Numbered from the stretch's first letter, positions 1-7,721 are shown. The stretch is DNA of 26,625 bases from a virus (IMGVR_UViG_3300033067_000364:1-26625); one strand, 5' to 3'. Program-made: numbers and translations. The notes: generated by a model from the sequence alone, not told the origin.

Positions 1-368
1 AAAGCGGCAACACCTTTTGATTCATATATTTCTCCTGTATCTGTATTGATTATCTTCTTACATTCTATGTTACCAAGATAAACACCGTGCAAAGTATTCT
101 CTAATGGCGTAACCCATTCAAGATTAGTATAATGATTATTTTCCCTATTTGCATCAATATGATTTATGTAAGGCTTGTTGTTTACATTAGGAATAAAGTA
201 TTGACCTACTATTCTATGAATAGTTTTTTGATATCCTTTTGTTTTAAACAATCTATAACCTTTATGCTTACATCCAATTATTATGTTCCCTGTCTTAATC
301 TTTCTAATTCGTCCATGGTTTGAAACTTCGTAGGCATCGCATTCAATTATAGTTTTCCATGTTTCCAT
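1..368 (-). CDS. NUMOD4-HNH homing endonuclease, 3' end truncated by the window edge; missing from the ORF track
   Basis: Hand translation from ATG 368: METWKTIIECDAYEVSNHGRIRK (NUMOD4)...TIHRIVGQYFIPNVNNKPYINHIDANRENNHYTNLEWVTPLEN (HNH)...IINTDTGEIYESKGVAA (NUMOD1-like); open to position 1. Confidence 0.9.
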   Translation of the reverse strand, partial: METWKTIIECDAYEVSNHGRIRKIKTGNIIIGCKHKGYRLFKTKGYQKTIHRIVGQYFIPNVNNKPYINHIDANRENNHYTNLEWVTPLENTLHGVYLGNIECKKIINTDTGEIYESKGVAA

Positions 369-372
369 ATTG

Positions 373-407
373 CAAATATAGTACACATAACCTATATTAT
401 GTTACAA
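373..407 (-). promoter_or_regulatory. Promoter TTGTAACA-N19-TATATTTG, 4 nt before ATG 368
   Basis: Matches Bacteroidota -7 consensus TAnnTTTG; same layout at 13079-13114 and 24229-24264. Confidence 0.7.
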
Positions 408-683
408 TTTATTTTCTTTACCTGACTTTGAATTGTGGCACCACTTACACAATGGCTGCAAGTTTTCCAAATCCCAAAACTCGCCGCCCATTCGCACAGG
501 TTTGATGTGATCAATAACACTTGCCGCCCTGACTTTACAGTTACGACATAGAGGCTCATCCATCAATAGACTGAGCCTCAGCTTCTGCCATTCTCTTGTA
601 TTATAATCCTTCACCTTCTCCCTCGGCTTTGATTCAAAAGGTTTTCGTTCTGTGTAATTTTTACGCTTAGGAAAGTTAGGCAT
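402..683 (-). CDS. Packaging-associated HNH endonuclease (HK97 gp74-like)
   Basis: YNTREWQKLR...PLCRNC...ASVIDHIKPV...NLQPLCKWCHNSKS; near terS on the circular map. Confidence 0.9.
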   Translation of the reverse strand: MPNFPKRKNYTERKPFESKPREKVKDYNTREWQKLRLSLLMDEPLCRNCKVRAASVIDHIKPVRMGGEFWDLENLQPLCKWCHNSKSGKENKL

Positions 684-3001
684 CAGAAAGGCGCTTGAAT
701 GTGAATGAATGCTCCCGAGTTACTTCTGCCCTCAGTAAACGTAAACGCTCGGTAATTAACATACACTCGAACCCAATTAGCAAATCTCTTTGGCGCTAGG
801 TTGCGAGTGCCTGAGTGTTCAGTGAAACCATTCAGTAAGGCACTGAAATAGTGACGCGTGTCAGTCCATTCGTACTCATTCGCCCAGTCATAAAAATCCT
901 TTGATGTCGACTGAATGAGTCTCTTCGCTTCTGAATTGATAGACTTAACCGATTGTAAACCCGTATTGAGATAGTTTTGAAGATTACTCAGCATATAATT
1001 ATCGAACGCCTGCCAGTCATCTGTTGACCATGAATCGAATAGTAATCGCCCATATTCTTGCATAGGATTGCGCACCTCATTAAAATACTGATAAAACTCT
1101 ATCTCATGCCTACGCCTAGCGTGTGACGACCCTGAGCCGTTTATCACATAATTCGTCGTAATAATAACCTTAGGCGCCCGTTCAAATGGAATAAATATCT
1201 CATCTTTATTTTTGCGATTCACTGTTATCCCCTCGGTAATTAGTGAGAATATTGACTCAAAATTGAATGATTTCTTTACGTCATCAAATGCTAGAATCTG
1301 AGTGTCTAAATCGACACGCTGATAAATAAAGTCTCCTTTGTTTGGGTCGAATGCCTTGCCGTCAATTATTACTACCTTTCTAAAATGTTTGAGCGCGTTA
1401 ATCATTATCGACTTACCGCTTCCGCCGTTCGGGTTGTCAGAGATAAGCTCATCGTTTACAATGACTGCCTTTTGATGCTGCTTATCTTTAAAGCTGTGAA
1501 TCAGATACCCAAGAGTCGACTCAAGAGCATCAATTCGCGTTTGATCATTATTGCTTACTTTATGCACCAAATCTCTAAAATTATTTTCAATCGCCCCAGG
1601 CTCATAATTTCGCTTAATAATTTGATTCTCCCAAATAAATCCATCGCATGAGATATATTTTTGTAGTTCAATCCTTTTGGATGTGACTTTTACCACCCCA
1701 TTCAAAAATGGCACATAAGCCGTCGATTTCGTGTCTTTTATCATCTCCATGTCAATAGATTTTAGCATAGTCAAAAATGGCTCAGAAAACAGCTGTTTTG
1801 ATTTGCTGACGTGATTCCATACGCTAGGCTCGTGAATCAAATAGTTTAAAACGTCGTCTTTTATAATCTCGACGCTCGTAATGGTGACAATATTTGATTT
1901 TACTTTTACAAATGTAGGCTTCACTGCATTCTCAGGATAGTACTTAAAATAACCCCTGCGCTCTAAAAATGTTTTGAAAAACAAAGGCACAATTTGAACG
2001 ATTCCCTTCGAATTTATTGTCCAAAATTGATTCTCGTCGTGAGTGCCTTCAATCTCTGAAATTATCTCAGGCGTCACATTGTGGCTCTGAATAATTTCTT
2101 CCTTTGTTTTGATTTTTAAGGCAAATTTAATCTCATTGATTTTGTCAATGTCCTCGAAGTACTTTGTGCCCTGGGTGCCCCTCATTCGGTTATAAGCATT
2201 TTTGAAAATGTTAGCCGTTTCATCCTCTGTGAAATTCCCATAAATTACGTTATTTAAAACGTAGTTAAGCCCATATTCAAGAGAAACGCCATGCTCACAG
2301 AATGACTGCGCCAAAACAAGTAAATTGTTGTTTCTTGAGCCTTCCTCGAATCCAAATTTTGCATCCCACCATTTTAGCAAGCGTCGAATAATTTCAGTCT
2401 CATTTGTAATCGGTAAAACTGCTGGGCGTTCAGATATTGAATTTTGATAGTCTGATGAAATCTCGGTAAATACTGTTGCATTTTCATTGACGTATATTTC
2501 AGGGTCATATGACTCAAAACAAGCCCTTGAGACGTCTTTATTCTTGGAATCGAAATAGCGACACTCAAAACGCTCTGAAAACGCCTTAAAACGCCTAGAA
2601 TGTTCCTCAGCTGTTGAATGAGGAATTGAAGCAACTGCTTTTATCCCTTTGCCGCTCGGCGAAATAAACGCCGTAATAATATGCGGGTTGCTTTTAATCG
2701 ATTCGTAAACCTGGGCAAATTCATTCTCAGGAATTTTGTCATAATCCAAAACCATAAGTCCTGAATGCTTGGTCATCCCTTTAATATTTCGATATGAGAA
2801 TAGCCCGTTAAACATGATAACGATTGAGTGTTTTTTCGCATCGTCGTAATCCTTGCCCGTTAATTGACGTAATTTCTCGACATGGTCTTTTGAATCGCCG
2901 TGTCGAATCCTGTCAATTACTTCCTTCAATGTCATATCAAAGGGAATAGAACCCTCTTTCGTGTCGAATAACGACTTAAATAATGTTATTTTGTGCTGCA
3001 T
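683..3001 (-). CDS. Primase-helicase (VirE-N/BT4734-like primase domain, PriCT-like domain, C-terminal P-loop helicase)
   Basis: HSGLMVLDYD and FISPSGKGIKA primase motifs; EGSRNNNL PriCT-like motif; Walker A GGSGKS; Walker B ILAFDD; IITTNY. Confidence 0.85.
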   Translation of the reverse strand: MQHKITLFKSLFDTKEGSIPFDMTLKEVIDRIRHGDSKDHVEKLRQLTGKDYDDAKKHSIVIMFNGLFSYRNIKGMTKHSGLMVLDYDKIPENEFAQVYESIKSNPHIITAFISPSGKGIKAVASIPHSTAEEHSRRFKAFSERFECRYFDSKNKDVSRACFESYDPEIYVNENATVFTEISSDYQNSISERPAVLPITNETEIIRRLLKWWDAKFGFEEGSRNNNLLVLAQSFCEHGVSLEYGLNYVLNNVIYGNFTEDETANIFKNAYNRMRGTQGTKYFEDIDKINEIKFALKIKTKEEIIQSHNVTPEIISEIEGTHDENQFWTINSKGIVQIVPLFFKTFLERRGYFKYYPENAVKPTFVKVKSNIVTITSVEIIKDDVLNYLIHEPSVWNHVSKSKQLFSEPFLTMLKSIDMEMIKDTKSTAYVPFLNGVVKVTSKRIELQKYISCDGFIWENQIIKRNYEPGAIENNFRDLVHKVSNNDQTRIDALESTLGYLIHSFKDKQHQKAVIVNDELISDNPNGGSGKSIMINALKHFRKVVIIDGKAFDPNKGDFIYQRVDLDTQILAFDDVKKSFNFESIFSLITEGITVNRKNKDEIFIPFERAPKVIITTNYVINGSGSSHARRRHEIEFYQYFNEVRNPMQEYGRLLFDSWSTDDWQAFDNYMLSNLQNYLNTGLQSVKSINSEAKRLIQSTSKDFYDWANEYEWTDTRHYFSALLNGFTEHSGTRNLAPKRFANWVRVYVNYRAFTFTEGRSNSGAFIHIQAPF

Positions 3002-3124
3002 AGTGCTGAATCCGTGTCGAATAATTTTTGTTAAGTTATTGATATGTTATATACTGTGTCGAATCGCTTCTTTTTTCCTTTAAAAAAATTCAAAGACTAA
3101 AGTAAAAAAGAAAAAAAGGAATAA
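2899..3124. repeat. Four GTGTCGAAT direct repeats plus an A/T-rich tract; candidate replication origin
   Basis: Copies at 2900, 2961, 3014 and 3056 (spacing 61, 53, 42 bp); A/T tracts at about 3068-3124. Confidence 0.65.
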
Positions 3125-3580
3125 TTAGAGGTATGATTCGTCACTCGTCACTTTTTCAAATAACATAGATTTGCACTCGTTATACAATCCCACCTCATAT
3201 TTATACCCAAATTGAAGCCATTTTTCAAACTCATTGCGCCCGTGTATTATTGAGCTGTGGTGCTTATTCATAAACCTTCCAAGCTCAGAGCATCCATAAC
3301 CATGCTCATAGGATAGATAAATAAAACAGAATCTCGCCTGTATAAACTCCTGCTTTCGCCCACCATCCATTAAATCACTCGGAGTGATCATTGCAGCCTC
3401 GCAAACTACGTTAAATAAAGAAACGAGCTCTTTGTCTTTTTGCGGAATAACCGCAGGCTGAATGATTTGAATTTTAAGCCTGTCGATTTCTTTCTCAAGC
3501 TTTCTGATTTTCGATTCGGCTTGAATCCGCACATTTTTGAGCTTTGAGGCCGTGGCCAAGTATTTAAGATAATAGTCCAT
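3125..3580 (-). CDS. Coiled-coil plus DnaA C-terminal (domain IV)-like HTH DNA-binding protein
   Basis: DLMDGGRKQEFIQARFCFIYL...SELGRFMNKHHSSIIHG resembles the Bac_DnaA_C pattern (R..AR.IAMYL...IG..F..RDHTTV.H); no AAA+ domain. Confidence 0.75.
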   Translation of the reverse strand: MDYYLKYLATASKLKNVRIQAESKIRKLEKEIDRLKIQIIQPAVIPQKDKELVSLFNVVCEAAMITPSDLMDGGRKQEFIQARFCFIYLSYEHGYGCSELGRFMNKHHSSIIHGRNEFEKWLQFGYKYEVGLYNECKSMLFEKVTSDESYL

Positions 3581-3758
3581 AGGTTACCGAAATATTAAAG
3601 GCTTTTGCGCCCAGTGCTGTTTTTTTGAAAGTTTTTAACATGGTTTTTTTGAAATCCGATGAGGGATGCTGTATAAATTGGATAAATTGCTGAACCTCAG
3701 GCGCCTCGAATGTGCGGTCGGTGTGTTCAATTTCGATGGTTATTTTAAAGGTTTTCAT
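3564..3758 (-). CDS. Hypothetical protein, 64 aa
   Basis: GGAGGT SD 4 nt upstream; overlaps both neighbours. Confidence 0.7.
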   Translation of the reverse strand: MKTFKITIEIEHTDRTFEAPEVQQFIQFIQHPSSDFKKTMLKTFKKTALGAKAFNISVTYGLLS

Positions 3759-3984
3759 TGTTACCTCCGTATGTTTCGTTGTAGTATTGTTTTGGGGTTA
3801 AACAAGTGTCTAAACCTCCATTATTATACCCGGAATTAAAAGCATTTTCAATTCTTTCCTTCTCCATTTCTTTGGCTTGGTCCCCCAATTCGATAATGTT
3901 TGTTCCTTTCCATCTAATGTTTTCATTCTTTCGTAGTTGCTCAATTAACCACTCTACTGCTGTTTCTTTTGTTTCGTTACTCAT
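3745..3984 (-). CDS. Small cassette protein (TAVEWL...QAKEMEKE...YYNETYGG type)
   Basis: Paralogue of 4102..4344; SD present; ATGA overlap with upstream ORF. Confidence 0.8.
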   Translation of the reverse strand: MSNETKETAVEWLIEQLRKNENIRWKGTNIIELGDQAKEMEKERIENAFNSGYNNGGLDTCLTPKQYYNETYGGNNENL

Positions 3985-4109
3985 TTTTTACCTCCGTATG
4001 TTAAAGTTATTACTCTATTTAACCAACCAAATTTAATTTCTATTGTACCATCAATATATTTTATAAATGCACACATTGGCAATATATAAAAACCATATCC
4101 CTTACTCAT
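3981..4109 (-). CDS. Small cassette protein, 42 aa; missing from the ORF track
   Basis: MSKGYGFYILPMCAFIKYIDGTIEIKFGWLNRVITLTYGGKK; SD at 4114-4119; fills the gap exactly and ends in the shared TYGG junction. Confidence 0.7.
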   Translation of the reverse strand: MSKGYGFYILPMCAFIKYIDGTIEIKFGWLNRVITLTYGGKK

Positions 4110-4344
4110 TTTTACCTCCAAATATTTCGTTGTAGTAATGTTCAAATTCGTGTAAATTATCCCAAAATCCTCTTGTATAAGATTTTTTTATCTCCTCTTT
4201 GTGCATTGCTTTGGCTTGTTCGAGAAGGATTTCGTGTTTTGGTTTTACCTTATCTCCGTATGTTGTTTGATTAACAATTATGATTCGGTGTTCAATCAAT
4301 TGGTCAAAAAACCATTGAACGCTACTTTGTTTATTGTTGCTCAT
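4102..4344 (-). CDS. Small cassette protein, 80 aa (MSNNKQSSVQWF...YYNEIFGGKNE)
   Basis: Start moved to ATG 4344, behind SD at 4349-4354; paralogue of 3745..3984. Confidence 0.8.
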   Translation of the reverse strand: MSNNKQSSVQWFFDQLIEHRIIIVNQTTYGDKVKPKHEILLEQAKAMHKEEIKKSYTRGFWDNLHEFEHYYNEIFGGKNE

Positions 4345-4612
4345 TGTTACCTCCTTGTATTTTATCACGCATCCATTTTGCGCCTTTTTTAAATCCAGTA
4401 CTCATGCTATAATCATGTCTCAATCCAAGATTTGAACAGTTTACTCCTTTTTCTATCTCCTCATCACTTGGTAGTTCGATGGGGGTTTCAGTTTTCAAAA
4501 TGTCCTGAAATGTCAAAATGTGTTCGTACAAATCGGAATCCAGACATACTTCCAACATCTTCAATACTTGTTCTTCTGTGTATAGTTTCATATTTTGTTT
4601 ATTGTTGCTCAT
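4331..4612 (-). CDS. Small cassette protein, 93 aa (MSNNKQNMKLYTEEQV...GAKWMRDKIQGGNNEQQ)
   Basis: Start moved to ATG 4612; first 19 nt identical to the 4344 gene. Confidence 0.75.
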   Translation of the reverse strand: MSNNKQNMKLYTEEQVLKMLEVCLDSDLYEHILTFQDILKTETPIELPSDEEIEKGVNCSNLGLRHDYSMSTGFKKGAKWMRDKIQGGNNEQQ

Positions 4613-4965
4613 AACTTTGCTTTTATTTCTTCGATGGTTTCGTTTGTATTTATAGACTCGCCATTTGTTAGCCAAATAAAGTTAAAATCCAAATCAATGC
4701 CTTGTTGAATAGTTGCTATGCGGTCAACATTTATTAATACAATATTGCCGTGTATCGTTTTAATTTCTAAAAAATTAGTCATATCATTTTTGCGTTTAAT
4801 TTCATTAATTGAAACCATTTTTGCGGCCTCTTCCCAAACATTTGCCCTGGTGATAAAATCTTCCGCGAAATAATGATTGTTTTGTTCTCTATATCCTTTT
4901 GCCATTGACATAAATTCTCTAGATTTGTCAATCATAGCGTTTGCTATTAATTCATAATTAGTCAT
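4609..4965 (-). CDS. Hypothetical protein with a FlbD/SwrD-like C-terminal half
   Basis: Probable start MTNYEL at 4965; C-terminal FLEIKTIHGNIVLINVDRIATI...IWLTNGESINTNETIEEIKAKL. Confidence 0.6.
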   Translation of the reverse strand: MTNYELIANAMIDKSREFMSMAKGYREQNNHYFAEDFITRANVWEEAAKMVSINEIKRKNDMTNFLEIKTIHGNIVLINVDRIATIQQGIDLDFNFIWLTNGESINTNETIEEIKAKL

Positions 4966-5170
4966 TCCACGCCTTTCCTTTATACATTTTTTTAAGCTCA
5001 CGATTTGAATTTTTTGCAATCGGATTTAATGGCTGCCAGTTAGGTAAATCATAAACGTCAATAAATTGTTGACGTGGTGCTTCGTTTGGTTCTTTTTTTA
5101 AAGCACCGTATATCATAAAAATGAACGATACACAACCAACTACGAAAAATAATAAGATTAAATTAAGCAT
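4958..5170 (-). CDS. Small membrane protein with an N-terminal TM helix
   Basis: LILLFFVVGCVSFIFMIYGAL hydrophobic stretch followed by KK. Confidence 0.7.
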   Translation of the reverse strand: MLNLILLFFVVGCVSFIFMIYGALKKEPNEAPRQQFIDVYDLPNWQPLNPIAKNSNRELKKMYKGKAWND

Positions 5171-5336
5171 AAATAGCGATATAAATTTTATCTGCAGTGT
5201 CGCAGATGATACATAGCTGGGTCAAATAAGTTGACTCAGTGTTGACGTCTCCAATGGTCGCATTTCGCGCCATTTGCATGATCCAATCAAAGGCTTCCGC
5301 TTTGGTTTGGAATAGTTGAATAATTTTAGGTTTCAT
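5163..5336 (-). CDS. Hypothetical protein, 57 aa; missing from the ORF track
   Basis: MKPKIIQLFQTKAEAFDWIMQMARNATIGDVNTESTYLTQLCIICDTADKIYIAIYA; ATGA overlap upstream, 8-nt overlap downstream. Confidence 0.7.
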   Translation of the reverse strand: MKPKIIQLFQTKAEAFDWIMQMARNATIGDVNTESTYLTQLCIICDTADKIYIAIYA

Positions 5337-5485
5337 TTTGTCAGTCTCCCAATAAATTTGTTTTGTGATTTTGCTTTGCGTTTACGTTGAATTTCTAACG
5401 CCTCAGCATAGCTGTAAGCGTCTACAATGTTGGTGTATTTACTTCCGTTAATTACCACCGTGTTAGTATATCGTTTCATTTCCAT
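5333..5485 (-). CDS. Basic hypothetical protein, 50 aa, first gene of the early operon; missing from the ORF track
   Basis: MEMKRYTNTVVINGSKYTNIVDAYSYAEALEIQRKRKAKSQNKFIGRLTK; ATG 4 nt after TATATTTG. Confidence 0.7.
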   Translation of the reverse strand: MEMKRYTNTVVINGSKYTNIVDAYSYAEALEIQRKRKAKSQNKFIGRLTK

Positions 5486-5489
5486 ACAG

Positions 5490-5521
5490 CAAATATACTC
5501 CCACGTTGCAAATATGCAACA
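5490..5521 (-). promoter_or_regulatory. Promoter TTG-N19-TATATTTG overlapped by operator palindrome GTTGCAAATATGCAAC (5505-5520)
   Basis: Canonical Bacteroidota -33/-7 spacing; palindrome repeated at 7704 and 26558. Confidence 0.75.
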
Positions 5522-5554
5522 CTTATTAACAAATTATCCGAATTTGTGACAATT

Positions 5555-5893
5555 CTATGACAGATTGAGCAGCGTCTTAGCATCCGCCACGCTTCTGCAA
5601 ATCCCACTAATTCCGCCGCATTCATCGACAAAATCGACAAATCTCTGCTGGTCTGGTCGAATCCTTCCGAACTCAGATTTAACCTCAATTGCTGTAAATA
5701 TTGCAACTTTAAGCCCAACATGATGAGGCGTTATTTCAATTTGAGTCCATCCAATTAAATCAGAACTCCCAGGCATAAGCCCATATTTCACCTTATTTTG
5801 GGCGTCGAATCCGACGTTATTCCTAAATAAGCGCACGCCACCGCGAGAAAGCGCCTGTATTTGTTTCATGATTTCAACCTCTGAGACTGCCAT
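5555..5893 (-). CDS. VRR-NUC domain nuclease (probable Holliday junction resolvase)
   Basis: SE..I, LFRNNVG, GSSDLIG, AIEVKS..GR.RPDQQRF, GGISGICRSVADA. Confidence 0.9.
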   Translation of the reverse strand: MAVSEVEIMKQIQALSRGGVRLFRNNVGFDAQNKVKYGLMPGSSDLIGWTQIEITPHHVGLKVAIFTAIEVKSEFGRIRPDQQRFVDFVDECGGISGICRSVADAKTLLNLS

Positions 5894-7229
5894 TATATTT
5901 TTGTTGTTGCTGTGTATAACGAATATACGCCCATCCTTTTTGATAGCCTCTTTCTCGGCCTATATTTTCCCACTCTTCGAGCGTTTTCGCTTGCCATTCC
6001 TGTCGTTTCATTTCGTATTTTTTAACTTCAATTTTATCGATTTCAACAAGCTCACCGCCTACGAGCTTCATTTTTTTTGGCTGCGGCGGTACCACATAGC
6101 CGCACTCGGGGCACTTGTCAACAAGCGCACCGAAAACCGCATAACAATTTTTGCACTGTCTTATAGTTGCCATTTTTTTAGTTTCTTTTATTTTATCCTG
6201 GGTGAGCTCCCATTCTCTCGAATCAGTTACAAGGCCATGCTTAAAACAATTCCCTGCATGATCTAAAATTATACAATTCTTTTTGCCATCTACAACACGC
6301 AACCCTCGGCCACATTGCTGCAGATACAAAGCGAGTGATTTCGTCGGCCTGAGTAAAATAATGCAGCCGACTTTTGGAATGTCCGTGCCTTCCGAAATGA
6401 TGTCCACGGATGTTATTACTTTTGTTTCGCCCGTTTTCAAACGATGCAAGCGTGCAGCTCTCTCGGATTTCTCGAGTTGACCCGTCACCACCTCAGCAGG
6501 ATGGCCTAATAAATTAAACATTCCTGCAACCTGCGCAGCGTGGTTTATTGAAATACAAAAAACAACCGTCGGCAAATCCTCGGCGTATTTGCGCCATGTC
6601 TTTATGGCGTCGCCTGTTATGGTTGCTTTGCCAAAAGTCGCCATAAGTTCCTTTTTATCGTAGTCTCCTGCAGTCGTTTTGATTTTTGAAAAATCGTTTT
6701 CGCTGGCATAAGTCACGGGCTTAACCAAATATTTTAAATCAATTAGCTGCTGAATTGTCGAGCTATTGACAAGCGTGTCAAATGCAGCCCCCAATCCTTT
6801 GCCATCTAATCTGCATGGCGTTGCTGTTACGCCCAAAATAAAAGCATTCGGGAATGTACGAGTAATTTTTTCCCATGAACCTGCGACAGCATGGTGACAT
6901 TCGTCGACAATAATAAACTCGGGCGTAAATTTATGCATACGGCTTGCGTAGGTCATCACTGAGGCGATTTGTATTCGCTCGTCGTAGTTTGGTGTCATTC
7001 CGCTCATAATAACGCCGTGAGGCACGCCTATTCGCTCCGAAGCCTGCTCAACAAGTTCCTTTCGATGCGCCAATATTAAAACCCGTTTAGTTGACCGCCT
7101 CGCAATCTCGCAGAAAATCATTGTTTTCCCGCCGCCTGTAGGGCACACAAATAAAACTCGCCTATGAGATTTAAACGCTTGCCTTATTTGAACGATGGCG
7201 GTTAACTGGTATGGCCTCAATTCTGTCAT
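5874..7229 (-). CDS. SF2 DExH helicase with a C-terminal zinc finger
   Basis: LRPYQ, PTGGGKT, DECHH, TATP, EGTDIP, QQCGRGLR, CKNC...CPECG. Confidence 0.93.
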   Translation of the reverse strand: MTELRPYQLTAIVQIRQAFKSHRRVLFVCPTGGGKTMIFCEIARRSTKRVLILAHRKELVEQASERIGVPHGVIMSGMTPNYDERIQIASVMTYASRMHKFTPEFIIVDECHHAVAGSWEKITRTFPNAFILGVTATPCRLDGKGLGAAFDTLVNSSTIQQLIDLKYLVKPVTYASENDFSKIKTTAGDYDKKELMATFGKATITGDAIKTWRKYAEDLPTVVFCISINHAAQVAGMFNLLGHPAEVVTGQLEKSERAARLHRLKTGETKVITSVDIISEGTDIPKVGCIILLRPTKSLALYLQQCGRGLRVVDGKKNCIILDHAGNCFKHGLVTDSREWELTQDKIKETKKMATIRQCKNCYAVFGALVDKCPECGYVVPPQPKKMKLVGGELVEIDKIEVKKYEMKRQEWQAKTLEEWENIGRERGYQKGWAYIRYTQQQQKYNGSLRG

Positions 7230-7377
7230 AGATTTTTTTATATAATTGAATGGTTTTAGGCTCGCGTTTTTCCCATCTGCAGAGAAGGGAACGATTAATT
7301 CCCACCTCTTCGCAGATTCGAGTTAATGAAGTGCCACGCTCAGCGCACATCGTTTTTAAATCAGAAAGGGATTTCAT
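7171..7377 (-). CDS. Cro/XRE-like HTH regulator
   Basis: GTSLTRICEEVGINRSLLCRWE helix-turn-helix pattern. Confidence 0.75.
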   Translation of the reverse strand: MKSLSDLKTMCAERGTSLTRICEEVGINRSLLCRWEKREPKTIQLYKKIYDRIEAIPVNRHRSNKASV

Positions 7378-7684
7378 CTGTTTTGTTTTCAGATTGAGAT
7401 ACAGCGCCCAATAACTCCAAATTAATTACACGGGCTTTTAAATTCCCTTTGCCTTCATAAACGTCAACAGATGGTTCGCCCTCAATTAAAACCTTTGCGC
7501 CTTTTTTCAAATAGTCTACAACTGCGAGGCTCTGATCGTATCGTCTGAAATAAGCACATTCAATCCAAGTCGTCTCGTCTTTTTTTGACGACACCGCCAC
7601 GCTGAAAACAATCATTTTAAAATCAGTTTTCTCAATAATTTTGGCATCTTTGCCAAGGTTTCCCGTAAATAATAATTTAAACAT
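7361..7684 (-). CDS. ssb: Single-stranded DNA-binding protein
   Basis: GNLGKD, FSVAV, TTWIEC, YLKKGAKVLIEG, C-terminal DEIPF; start moved to ATG 7684. Confidence 0.93.
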   Translation of the reverse strand: MFKLLFTGNLGKDAKIIEKTDFKMIVFSVAVSSKKDETTWIECAYFRRYDQSLAVVDYLKKGAKVLIEGEPSVDVYEGKGNLKARVINLELLGAVSQSENKTDEIPF

Positions 7685-7721
7685 ATTGCAAATATAAATA
7701 ATTTGTTGCAAATTTGCAACA
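7685..7721. promoter_or_regulatory. Divergent promoter region with a perfect 18-bp palindrome TGTTGCAAATTTGCAACA (7704-7721)
   Basis: Leftward TTG-N20-TATATTTG-N4-ATG (ssb); rightward CAAATTTG-N4-ATG (7721). Confidence 0.8.

Larger units (their letters stand above)
3756..4612 (-). repeat. Repeated cassette junctions GGAGGTAA(C/A)A(A)ATGA and repeated gene ends
   Basis: GGAGGT at 3763-3768, 3990-3995, 4114-4119 and 4349-4354; 19-nt repeat at 4326-4344 and 4594-4612. Confidence 0.85.

Noticed and set aside
132-323. 63-aa plus-strand ORF
   Set aside because: Antisense shadow of the NUMOD4-HNH gene
3125-3580. Calling this gene dnaA
   Set aside because: Only a domain IV-like region is present; no AAA+ domain
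3745-4612. CRISPR array, DGR or integron interpretation of the repeats
   Set aside because: Repeats are short, degenerate, coding and irregularly spaced; no cas, reverse transcriptase, integrase or attC-like palindromes
5529-5547. Inverted repeat ACAAATT-ATCCG-AATTTGT after VRR-NUC
   Set aside because: A/T-rich weak stem with no U-tract; cannot be called a terminator
5476-5721. 81-aa minus-strand ORF
   Set aside because: Out-of-frame overlap with VRR-NUC and runs through the promoter/operator; the 5333..5485 ORF fits better
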